Source of the DNA: an uncultured Acidimicrobiales bacterium
Lineage (GTDB): Bacteria; Actinomycetota; Acidimicrobiia; Acidimicrobiales; SHLQ01
DNA length: 64,000 nucleotides
Direction: 5' to 3'
NCBI GenBank assembly: GCA_938038785.1
Contig: CALHTB010000021.1
Coordinates: 6,279 to 70,278, forward strand
Shown here: positions 20,843 to 28,927 of the stretch, piece by piece
Layout: every line of letters begins with the position of its first letter
Position numbering within the stretch: the first letter of the stretch is position 1
Notes under the pieces: generated by a model
Database searches by the model: none
What the model saw: the letters and a program-made list of their open reading frames with translations, nothing else
Told to the model about the DNA's origin: nothing
Position numbers and translations under genes: made by a program

Positions 20843-20909
20843 GGTTCATCAACGTATCTCTGGAGCAGGGCGCGCGAAAGCGACGCCGATCGAGGCTCGC
20901 GGTTAGCGT

Positions 20910-21404
20910 GTGCCCATGAACGAAATCGATCCAAAGTACTTCCGTCAGGTCATGGGTCAGGTGCCCACATGTGTCACGGTCGTGACCGCCATGGTCGACG
21001 ATGCACCTATCGCGATGGTCATCGGCAGTTTTGTGTCCGTCTCGCTGGACCCTCCGCTCGCCGGGTTCTTCTGCACGAACGATTCCTATAGCTGGGAGCA
21101 GCTCAAGAAGGCAGACACACTCGGTGTCAATGTGCTTGGCGAGCATCAGATCGACGTCAGCAACGCGTGTATGCGCGACCTCGGCGAGCGCTTCGACGGA
21201 CTTGACTGGGAAATGGCCGATGGTGCCCCCCGAATTGCCGACACCACAGCATGGATGACACTCACCGAGCATCAGATCATCCCCGCTGGCGACCACGAGT
21301 TTGGCCTGTACAACGTGATGACGATGAGCGTCCCCGACGAAGCGAAGCCGCCGGTCATCTTCTATGGCGGGGCATACCGCGACCTGTCTGAACTCGACGC
21401 TTAG
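20910..21404 (+). CDS. Flavin reductase-like (FMN-binding split barrel) protein
   Basis: FRQVMGQVPTCVTVVTA...GSFVSVSLDPPL pattern of the flavin reductase domain. Confidence 0.85.
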   Translation: MPMNEIDPKYFRQVMGQVPTCVTVVTAMVDDAPIAMVIGSFVSVSLDPPLAGFFCTNDSYSWEQLKKADTLGVNVLGEHQIDVSNACMRDLGERFDGLDWEMADGAPRIADTTAWMTLTEHQIIPAGDHEFGLYNVMTMSVPDEAKPPVIFYGGAYRDLSELDA

Positions 21405-21407
21405 CCC

Positions 21408-22439
21408 GTGAAGATCGTCCGCAGCGATGAGCATCGTAAGCACTTTCCAAATGGTGAGCTACACGATGGAAAATTGGTTCGACCCTTCGAGTGTCCCGAA
21501 CGAGTCGACTACATCAATGCGGCGCTTGACGCAGCTGGGCTTACCGACCAGGTAGCGCCGACTCCGGTCGAAGATGCGTTGTTGGCCCAAGTTCACGACG
21601 CTGGATATCTCGAGTTTCTCCGAACCGCGTGGGACGAATGGACTGCTCTCGGGCACACCGCCGACATGATCCCGTCGTGCCTGCCGACGCGCCGTATGAA
21701 CACCCACATCCCCGAACACATCGACGGCAAGCTCGGGTACTACGCGTTCGCAGCTGAGAGCTCGATTACGAACGGCACGTGGGAAGCCGCTCACGCTGGG
21801 GCTTCGTTGGCCCGAACCGCGCAACAATCCGTATCGAATGGAGCATCGTCGGCGTTTGCGCTTTGTCGCCCACCAGGGCATCACGCATCAACGGACTTCT
21901 TTGGTGGCTATTGCTATCTGAACAACGCCGCGATTGCGGCGCAAGGGTTCCGTAACGACGGCGCCGAACGTGTAGCGGTGCTCGATGTCGACTTTCATCA
22001 CGGCAACGGCACGCAAGACATCTTCTATGGCCGCAATGACGTATTCTTCGCGTCGCTTCACGGTGACCCGGCGCACGAGTTTCCATACTTCTTGGGCTAT
22101 GCCGATGAGGTCGGCAGCGGAGACGGTGAAGGCTTCACCGCCAACTACCCGCTGCTCCCAGGCACGACGTTCGATGTGTGGCTCTCGGCGCTTGACCAGG
22201 CACTTGAACGAATTGCTGACTTCGGTGCCGATGCACTAGTCGTGTCGCTTGGTGTTGACACGTTCGAAGCCGATCCGATCAGCAGTTTCAAGCTGAGCTC
22301 CGATGACTTCACTACGTACGGCGCCCGTCTCGGTGCCGCCGGGCTCCCCACCGTGTACGTGATGGAAGGCGGCTATGCGGTCGAAGAGATCGGAACAAAC
22401 GCGGTGAACGTGCTGACCGGACACGTTGACGCGTCATGA
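21408..22439 (+). CDS. Histone deacetylase-family amidohydrolase (acetoin utilisation / acetylpolyamine amidohydrolase-like)
   Basis: CRPPGHHA, DVDFHHGNGTQDIF and GGY motifs. 343 aa. Confidence 0.9.
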   Translation: MKIVRSDEHRKHFPNGELHDGKLVRPFECPERVDYINAALDAAGLTDQVAPTPVEDALLAQVHDAGYLEFLRTAWDEWTALGHTADMIPSCLPTRRMNTHIPEHIDGKLGYYAFAAESSITNGTWEAAHAGASLARTAQQSVSNGASSAFALCRPPGHHASTDFFGGYCYLNNAAIAAQGFRNDGAERVAVLDVDFHHGNGTQDIFYGRNDVFFASLHGDPAHEFPYFLGYADEVGSGDGEGFTANYPLLPGTTFDVWLSALDQALERIADFGADALVVSLGVDTFEADPISSFKLSSDDFTTYGARLGAAGLPTVYVMEGGYAVEEIGTNAVNVLTGHVDAS

Positions 22440-22608
22440 CCAACGGAGGAGTGCGTTGACACGCCTGTGGGATGAGGGCGAAGAGGACGAATCGCCGATC
22501 TGTCCAACGTGTGGTGTGAGTGCATTACCGGCCGAGGTACCCGGTGAAAGGCTGCGATGTGAGAACGCCAATTGTCCAGCATTTGAACAGGAGATATTCG
22601 AGAAATAG
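22426..22608 (+). CDS. Possible small zinc-ribbon protein
   Basis: 60 aa with CPTCG...CENANC. Overlaps the preceding stop by 14 nt. Weak support. Confidence 0.3.
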   Translation: MTRHDQRRSALTRLWDEGEEDESPICPTCGVSALPAEVPGERLRCENANCPAFEQEIFEK

Positions 22609-22685
22609 GCGCGACCTATATCGACTTGCATAGCTACATTTATTGGTAGCATTTGCCAAGAAATGGCCCGATACTATTTCCCCCT

Positions 22686-23309
22686 ATGGGGCTTGCAGTG
22701 TCGGTCGGATCGCTCTCTGAATTCAACAAGCTGGATGGCGAAGCAGCAGAGTGGATCGAGCGCGAAGTTGCGCAAATCAACCAGGCTCTGAGTGAGCGCA
22801 GTTACGGCAGTTTCCTCGAGCCGTCGGAGTTGCCCGAGCTTGGCAACCGTTGCTCCCTCTCTAGCTATCCCTATTCCTGGCTGCACTATCTGCGTCGTGC
22901 TTACGCCCACACGAAGGCGGGTATGACCCTCGAGCCCCTCCCGGATGGAGTCAACGCAGCCGATGACACCGTGACCCTGGACGAGTCGGCGAAGATGGAA
23001 AGTCACCTGTTGTGTCACAGCGATGCCGAGGGGTTCTTTGTTCCCATCGACTTTCCCGAGATCGTGTTCGATGATCGCATTGCCGGGTCGATGGTTGGGT
23101 CGAGCTTCCGGCTGCAAGACGAACTGAGGACGGTTGCCGGCGCACTTGGGATCACTCTCGAGGGCGACGGGCTATCCGATGCCGAAGCTGATCGGCTCAA
23201 CGCAACCGAAGTTGGTTCGCCCTTCGAGCGCGAAATTTGGACCTGGTTCAGTCATTGGGAAACGACTCGCTTAAGTATCGCCCACTCGACGATGGTGTTC
23301 TACATGTAA
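22686..23309 (+). CDS. Hypothetical protein, possibly Imm70-like immunity-type protein
   Basis: MGLAVSVGSL... start and LLCHSDAEGFFVPIDFPE resemble, from memory, the G-x-VGS and HSDCEG blocks of proteins annotated Imm70. Lies in locally AT-richer DNA. Confidence 0.4.
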   Translation: MGLAVSVGSLSEFNKLDGEAAEWIEREVAQINQALSERSYGSFLEPSELPELGNRCSLSSYPYSWLHYLRRAYAHTKAGMTLEPLPDGVNAADDTVTLDESAKMESHLLCHSDAEGFFVPIDFPEIVFDDRIAGSMVGSSFRLQDELRTVAGALGITLEGDGLSDAEADRLNATEVGSPFEREIWTWFSHWETTRLSIAHSTMVFYM

Positions 23310-23376
23310 GGCTGTCGTCGTCGTTTGGGGATCAGTCCCGAGGCAAACGGTGGTGCGCCTCACATAGGCTCGGGCC

Positions 23377-23655
23377 ATGGACACATGGGAGTACTTCACC
23401 ACAACACTCGCAACCAACGACGAGAATCTTGCCGTCCCAATTAGTGACGACATTCCACATGTCGAACATCCTCGCTACTCGACCTACAAGCTGATCCCGC
23501 AGCTGAACCACTTCGGGCGAAAGGGGTGGGAACTCATCTCACTTGAACCGGTTCAAGAAGGGAAGAATGGCGACCTCCGAACCTGCGACGCCTCCTCGTC
23601 ATTGTGGACTTACACGTACTTTGCGACGTTCAAGCGCCGGATCCCTGCTGGGTGA
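23377..23655 (+). CDS. DUF4177-like small protein
   Basis: MDTWEY...LNHFGRKGWELISLEP...FKRR fits the WEY...GxEGWELV...FKR pattern. Confidence 0.5.
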   Translation: MDTWEYFTTTLATNDENLAVPISDDIPHVEHPRYSTYKLIPQLNHFGRKGWELISLEPVQEGKNGDLRTCDASSSLWTYTYFATFKRRIPAG

Positions 23656-23697
23656 TGTGTCGTTACCCTTGGTGAAACCTTCGAGCAGGAACTGGGA

Positions 23698-24150
23698 ATG
23701 ACTGCGGATCCAAAGCCAAAACCGATCACCGAAGAGGAGCTCGGCGAGCTGTTCTCGTTCAACGCTGATCCGCAGACCATTGCCCAAGCCGATGGTGTTG
23801 TCACGGTGTGGGCAATGGCGTGGTTTCCCGAACACGAGTGGGCCAAGGCGATCGAGAAATGGCCCGCTCTACTCGAGACGATGCCCGAGGACCACGCTGC
23901 GTACTGTCTGCAGGTCGAGTCGCATCTACGCGCTGCAGCTGCGAACGAGCCGGGCTCTCCAGATGTCGCTCCGCTCAATGTCGACGACCTTATTGCTGAG
24001 TACGGCGATGAGGGCGGTGACGCTCGATATCGAGGGACGATGGGAGCCAACGTTGCTCGCAATGGTGGGGCGATCCCGTGGCCACCAACCCGCAACGACC
24101 CCTGTTGGTGTCAGTCAGGGCGCAAGTACAAGAATTGCTGCGGCGCCTAA
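23698..24150 (+). CDS. SEC-C motif domain protein
   Basis: C-terminal NDPCWCQSGRKYKNCCGA is the SEC-C metal-binding motif. The N-terminal roughly 125 aa are unassigned. Confidence 0.6.
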   Translation: MTADPKPKPITEEELGELFSFNADPQTIAQADGVVTVWAMAWFPEHEWAKAIEKWPALLETMPEDHAAYCLQVESHLRAAAANEPGSPDVAPLNVDDLIAEYGDEGGDARYRGTMGANVARNGGAIPWPPTRNDPCWCQSGRKYKNCCGA

Positions 24151-24365
24151 CGCCGAGGACCGCGGGTAGCGCGACCGTTCCAGCAGCCCTTGTGCCAATG
24201 CCGACGGAGGTCGGCTGCTTCGGGCGGAACCGCAACAATGTGGCCGGTACCGGGAGGAATGTCACGGTTGCATCCCGGGCACAGGTAGGTCTTGTTTGCC
24301 TGGTACGGCTGAATCATCCTGGTTTCGGCATCAGCCCAGAAGTCATGGGTTGGTCGTTTCGCCAC
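24147..24365 (-). CDS. Small Cys/His-containing conserved hypothetical protein
   Basis: GTG 24365. VAKRPTHDFWADAETRMIQPYQANKTYLCPGCNRDIPPGTGHIVAVPPEAADLRRHWHKGCW. The rest of the 252-aa track ORF is antisense to the next dioxygenase gene, so I discarded it. Confidence 0.45.
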   Translation of the reverse strand: MAKRPTHDFWADAETRMIQPYQANKTYLCPGCNRDIPPGTGHIVAVPPEAADLRRHWHKGCWNGRATRGPRR

Positions 24366-24467
24366 GGCTCCTCCTTCTGATTGCGTTGCCGGGTTCGCAG
24401 GGTAGCGATCAGCTGAAGTGAAACGGTCGCGGCCGCTAGTGTCGGGGTGCAACGCTGGAGGTCGGTG

Positions 24468-25637
24468 ATGCGTGGTTGGTTCGAGAACGTCCCACCAAAT
24501 GGATTTCAGAATCGTCCGAAGACGATCGAGTCGAACAACAACGAACTTGGCCTCGATACGCCCGAGCCCGACATCGAGATCGAGACGACGCCCGAACATC
24601 GCAACCTTGTACAGGGCGACCCGACCTGCGCAACGTGGGCACGACGTTCCGACGATCCAGGCGTAGTCGCTCTGCGCGAACAGCTTCGCGAGTCGAACGG
24701 CATTCCCGACCTCGAGCTGGTCGACCCCACCGACGTCGACCGAGCGGCCGAGCTCTTTCATCGGGACGGATTTGTTGCCGTGCGCAACGCGCTCTCGGGC
24801 GAGCGTCTGGCCGCATTGCAGGACGCGACGAACCGGGTGGTCGATGACATCCTGGCTGCCGACCCTGACGGGTCGATCGGTGGCGGTGCTGGAGGTTTGC
24901 CTCACCGTTACTCGTTCGGTTCCACGTCAGGCTCGCGGCATCGGCTGCACGAACCGGCGTGGGTTGATGTCATTGACATGGACACGACAACGCCAATCCT
25001 CACTGCAATCTTCGGCTCGCCCAACTACATCGTCGGCGGCGGCGGAGGGGATCTCGCACTGCCAGGTGCCATTGAATATCAGGGTCTTCACGCAGACAAC
25101 GTTTGGGCCGAGCCGCACGACCCCGTTGGTGGCACAACCACCCGTGACATGCCGGTCCCGGTCGTCACAATCAACTTTGCAATGGTGGACCTGACCTGGG
25201 AGAACGGCCCGATTCGACAGATCCCTGGTTCGCAGCGCTCGACCGAACGAATCCCGACCTTGGCCGATGAGCCGCTGTCAATGAAGCACAGCACCGTGTG
25301 CCCTGCACCCGCTGGGACCGCAGTGTTTCGAGACAACCGTGCATGGCACGGGGGAACCCCTAACCTGTCCGATCATGTTCGAGCGTTTCCGAACATCGAG
25401 TACTACGCCCCATGGTTTCGCAGCGAAGGCATCAACCGATGCATGCCGTTTGAGCAATGGGAGCGCCTTACCGAGCACGGCAAACGCATTTGCCGCTACG
25501 TGGTTTGTGACCCAGGCGCCCCCGTCATCGGCGCTGGCTTCACGCACCCGCGGGCCCGGGACCGTGACGCGTTCATCGCTGATCAACTGGCCGCGCTTGG
25601 CCCCGATGCCGAGGTGCACTGGCGTACCCGTCGGTAG
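24468..25637 (+). CDS. Phytanoyl-CoA dioxygenase (PhyH) family oxygenase
   Basis: FHRDGFVAVRNAL, GLHADN (HxD) and AWHGGTPN. ATG 24468 lies 6 nt after GGAGG. Confidence 0.75.
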   Translation: MRGWFENVPPNGFQNRPKTIESNNNELGLDTPEPDIEIETTPEHRNLVQGDPTCATWARRSDDPGVVALREQLRESNGIPDLELVDPTDVDRAAELFHRDGFVAVRNALSGERLAALQDATNRVVDDILAADPDGSIGGGAGGLPHRYSFGSTSGSRHRLHEPAWVDVIDMDTTTPILTAIFGSPNYIVGGGGGDLALPGAIEYQGLHADNVWAEPHDPVGGTTTRDMPVPVVTINFAMVDLTWENGPIRQIPGSQRSTERIPTLADEPLSMKHSTVCPAPAGTAVFRDNRAWHGGTPNLSDHVRAFPNIEYYAPWFRSEGINRCMPFEQWERLTEHGKRICRYVVCDPGAPVIGAGFTHPRARDRDAFIADQLAALGPDAEVHWRTRR

Positions 25638-25674
25638 ATGCGAGACCTCTCGATCCGCCTCGTATCCTGAAACC

Positions 25675-26991
25675 ATGATGCGTCAGCTGGTGTGGAACGA
25701 AATGACCGATGCCGATAAGGCATGGGTCCATCAGCGCGGCAGCGCGGCGCAGTCTGCAGATGAGCTGAAGCCAGCAATCCACGCATTGGTCGAGGATGTC
25801 CGCACCCGCGGCGACGCTGCCCTGCTCGATGCGTTGGCCCGCTTCGATCACATCGAGATCGACGCCTCGGGGATTGCGGTCACCCCCGAAGAGTTCGATC
25901 AGGCAATGGTTCGCATCGATCACGGCGTGCACACCGCGATCAAACAGATGCTCGGCAACATTCGTGCGTTCAACGAAGCGCTGCTCGAGCGCCGCCAAAG
26001 TTGGACTGCCGAGATTGCCCCTGGCCACACAATCGGCGAGAAGATCGGCCCAGTCGCCAACGCCGCACTGTTCTGCCCAAGCGGCAAGGCGAGCTACCCG
26101 TCGGTGCTCGCCCAAGTCGCTACCCCGGCAGTCGTTGCGGGAGTACCGCAGCTGTCGGTCATCGTGCCTCCTGCACCGGGAGGTGATGGTGCTGTCGATG
26201 ATGCAGTGCTGGTCGTGGCCCACGAACTTGGGCTCACAAACGTGTATCGAGTGAACGGTCCCGCAGGTGTCGCGGCGGCTGCGTTTGGTACCGAGACCAT
26301 CCCGGCTCACGGCATGATCATCGGACCGGGCAGCCCGCCGGTCGCCCTGGCCCAACTCGAAGTTCGCTCGCACGGTGTCGACACGGTCGTGCTCGGCCCG
26401 ACCGAGTCCATGGTCGTCGCTGACGAGTCCGCCGACCCAGTCCTCTTGGCGGCCGACCTACTCAACGAAGCCGAGCACGGCACCGACTCGACGGTGCTGT
26501 TGGTAACGGCGTCGCAGTCGGTCATCGATGCAGCCGCAGCCGAGGTCAAACGACAGGCCGCGCTACTTCCCGATGTTCGCCGCGAGGCTGCCGCTTCAGC
26601 GTTGGGCGCCAACGGGGGAGCGATCCTCGTCGACTCGATCGGCAAGGCGATTGACGTCGCGAATTGGTTCGCTGCCGAACACTGCCAACTTGCCGTCGCC
26701 GACCCGTGGGCGACCGCCGAGCTCATTGAGCATGCGGGTGAGCTCTTGCTCGGCCAGAACGTGCCGTTCTCTGTCGGCAACTTCACCCTTGGCGGTCCAG
26801 CAGCCCTTCCAACCGGCGGCTGGGCCAACCGTGCCGGCGGGATCACCGTCGAGCAGTTCCTCAAGGCAGGGGCCATTGGCCACCTGACCCCCGACGCACT
26901 CCGTGCCGTCGCCGACAGCACCATCGCACTCAGCGACCACGAAGGCTTCGACGCCCACGGCAACGCCATCCGCATCCGGGGCGGCAACTAG
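25675..26991 (+). CDS. Histidinol dehydrogenase family protein (possibly a paralogue with another substrate)
   Basis: 438 aa from ATG 25675. DLLNEAEHGTDS and the NAD/Zn-binding layout typical of HisD. The upstream 112 codons of the track ORF overlap the previous gene. Confidence 0.8.
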   Translation: MMRQLVWNEMTDADKAWVHQRGSAAQSADELKPAIHALVEDVRTRGDAALLDALARFDHIEIDASGIAVTPEEFDQAMVRIDHGVHTAIKQMLGNIRAFNEALLERRQSWTAEIAPGHTIGEKIGPVANAALFCPSGKASYPSVLAQVATPAVVAGVPQLSVIVPPAPGGDGAVDDAVLVVAHELGLTNVYRVNGPAGVAAAAFGTETIPAHGMIIGPGSPPVALAQLEVRSHGVDTVVLGPTESMVVADESADPVLLAADLLNEAEHGTDSTVLLVTASQSVIDAAAAEVKRQAALLPDVRREAAASALGANGGAILVDSIGKAIDVANWFAAEHCQLAVADPWATAELIEHAGELLLGQNVPFSVGNFTLGGPAALPTGGWANRAGGITVEQFLKAGAIGHLTPDALRAVADSTIALSDHEGFDAHGNAIRIRGGN

Positions 26992-27212
26992 CCGCCCTTT
27001 GCTCGCTTTGCTGCGGCCTTGCGTTCTTTGCGGACTTGGGCTCGTTCCCACTTGCGTTGGCGGCTGCGGCACGCCTTGCGGCAGAAGATCTGGTTCGAGG
27101 TCTTGGCTTCGAAGAGCTCTTCGCAGCGCCAGTACTGACAACCGCGTAGGCGGTCGGGGTTGAAGTCGTCTTCCCAGTCGTCGGGCAGGTCTCCAGCGAG
27201 TGGCTCAAGCAT
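26988..27212 (-). CDS. Small basic hypothetical protein (Cys-rich)
   Basis: MLEPLAGDLPDDWEDDFNPDRLRGCQYWRCEELFEAKTSNQIFCRKACRSRQRKWERAQ...; last gene of the minus-strand MMPL operon. Weak. Confidence 0.35.
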   Translation of the reverse strand: MLEPLAGDLPDDWEDDFNPDRLRGCQYWRCEELFEAKTSNQIFCRKACRSRQRKWERAQVRKERKAAAKRAKGG

Positions 27213-27945
27213 CGGAGGCTCCAAGAGTCTTCGCCCAGCGTTCGAGCTGGTCATCGATTTGTCGCCAGACCTGGTGGCTTGGGTCGACTACGTGAAAGTG
27301 GTCGACCTTCTTCGGGTCGATGAGGGTGATGTCGTCTCCTGAAGCCGTCGCAGCTTCCACATATTCGGGAGCCATTTCGTACGGGACGTCGGCGTCAGCT
27401 TTGCCGTGCACGACGAGCTGGGGAACACCTAACGGCAGGAGGTAGAGCGGGGATGCCGTGGCGTAGAGATCGGGGCGCTCCGCAGCGGTTTCGCCGAGCA
27501 GAGCCTTCGTCGCATGGTTGCTGAGCTCGAGGCCGTCGGCCAGAAACAGGTCGCACACAGGTGCCAGCGCTACGACCGCGTCGAGTTGGGCGTTTGGTTG
27601 TGCGGCCGCCCACAAGGCGAGCTGCCCACCCGCCGAATGACCGATTGCGATGGTGGGCCCAGGACGATCCTCAGCGAGGGCGCAGGCGTCGAGTACGTCA
27701 CTCGACATCTCGGCCCACATCGCTGGACCATCGGGTTCGACGCGGCGATATTCGATGTTGAAAACGGTCCAGCCGCGTCCCACCAAGTGTTTGGCGATTG
27801 GCTCGTGCAGGTCGAGGCCGTACTTCGATCGCCAATAGCCGCCATGGATAGAGATGATGGTGCCCGAAGCTTCGCCCGACGGTTCGTACACATGCACGAA
27901 CTGGTCGGTTTCATCGCCGTAGCGAACGACGTCGTGGGCGGGCAT
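27205..27945 (-). CDS. Alpha/beta hydrolase (esterase / arylformamidase-like)
   Basis: ISIHGGYW (HGG oxyanion block) and IGHSAGGQLA (GxSxG). Confidence 0.8.
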   Translation of the reverse strand: MPAHDVVRYGDETDQFVHVYEPSGEASGTIISIHGGYWRSKYGLDLHEPIAKHLVGRGWTVFNIEYRRVEPDGPAMWAEMSSDVLDACALAEDRPGPTIAIGHSAGGQLALWAAAQPNAQLDAVVALAPVCDLFLADGLELSNHATKALLGETAAERPDLYATASPLYLLPLGVPQLVVHGKADADVPYEMAPEYVEAATASGDDITLIDPKKVDHFHVVDPSHQVWRQIDDQLERWAKTLGASDA

Positions 27946-27949
27946 CGGG

Positions 27950-28894
27950 TTAGAACGTCCAGCTGATGCCGAGTAGTTCTTCGCTCAGCTCCCACAGCTT
28001 GCGTCCGGTCTCGATGTCCGTGGCCAAGTCGTTCACGATGTTCGAATCGCTGATCTTTCCACGGGCACCTTGCATGCCGATCGGGCCGTAGTAGCCGCCC
28101 GATCGGGCCTCGACACCGGCAGCCGCGAGCACGAGCGGTTGGGCGCCCCGCTCGGCCGGCTGGGCCATCAGCTTGTTGCTTACCTTGTAGACGGCCTTCC
28201 AGATTCCTGTTGGGCCGGTGCTTTGCAAGTTGGTCGCGGCATAGCCCGGGTGGCACGTGATCGAAGCGACACTGCTACCAGCAGCCTCGAGGCGGCGATG
28301 AAGTTCAAGGCCGTAGACCAGGTTTGCGAGCTTCGATTGCCCATAGGCGTTTGTTGGCGAGTAGTTCCCCTCGAACATGATGTTGTCGAAGTTGATCTTC
28401 GCCGGCGGCCGGTGCGCAATGCTCGACACCGGCACGATTCGCCCGTTGCGGGCCGCCACGAGGTCAAAGAGCAGATGGTTCATGTAGAAGTGGCCAAGGT
28501 GGTTGGTGCCGAACTGCATCTCGAAGCCGTCGGCGGTCTTCTGCTCGGGGGTCTGCATGACCCCCGCGTTGTTGACGATTGCATCGAGCCCGTCAGGTGC
28601 CAGCCCTCGGACTGCTTCAGCTGCACTATCGATCGAGCTCTTATCGGCGAGGTCGATCTTGACGAACTCGACGCCTCCCGTTCCAGATACGGCCGAGATG
28701 TTTGAGACGGCCCCGCGTCCCTTGCCTTCGTTTCGGCTACCGACGAGGACGTGTGCGTTCTTCGCTCGAAGCATCTTGGCTGCCTCGAACCCGAGGCCCG
28801 CATTTGCACCGGTGATGAAGAAACGCTTGTCGGTTAGGTCGGGAAGTCGGGACGGGTCCCAGTCCGAGAAGCCGCTATCAAACGTCGTTGCCAT
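27950..28894 (-). CDS. Short-chain dehydrogenase/reductase (SDR)
   Basis: FFITGANAGLGFEAA (TGxxxGxG) and YGQSKLAN (YxxxK). Confidence 0.9.
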   Translation of the reverse strand: MATTFDSGFSDWDPSRLPDLTDKRFFITGANAGLGFEAAKMLRAKNAHVLVGSRNEGKGRGAVSNISAVSGTGGVEFVKIDLADKSSIDSAAEAVRGLAPDGLDAIVNNAGVMQTPEQKTADGFEMQFGTNHLGHFYMNHLLFDLVAARNGRIVPVSSIAHRPPAKINFDNIMFEGNYSPTNAYGQSKLANLVYGLELHRRLEAAGSSVASITCHPGYAATNLQSTGPTGIWKAVYKVSNKLMAQPAERGAQPLVLAAAGVEARSGGYYGPIGMQGARGKISDSNIVNDLATDIETGRKLWELSEELLGISWTF

Positions 28895-28927
28895 TTCGTA
28901 CCTCCACGAGTGACAGCAGTCTAGGAG

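Noticed and set aside
20721-21443. 240-aa minus-strand ORF
   Set aside because: It is antisense to the flavin reductase gene and overlaps the neighbouring genes. The composition is shadow-like.
25573-26987. Minus-strand ORFs of 266 aa and 226 aa
   Set aside because: Both lie antisense within the HisD-family gene, which has clear family motifs.
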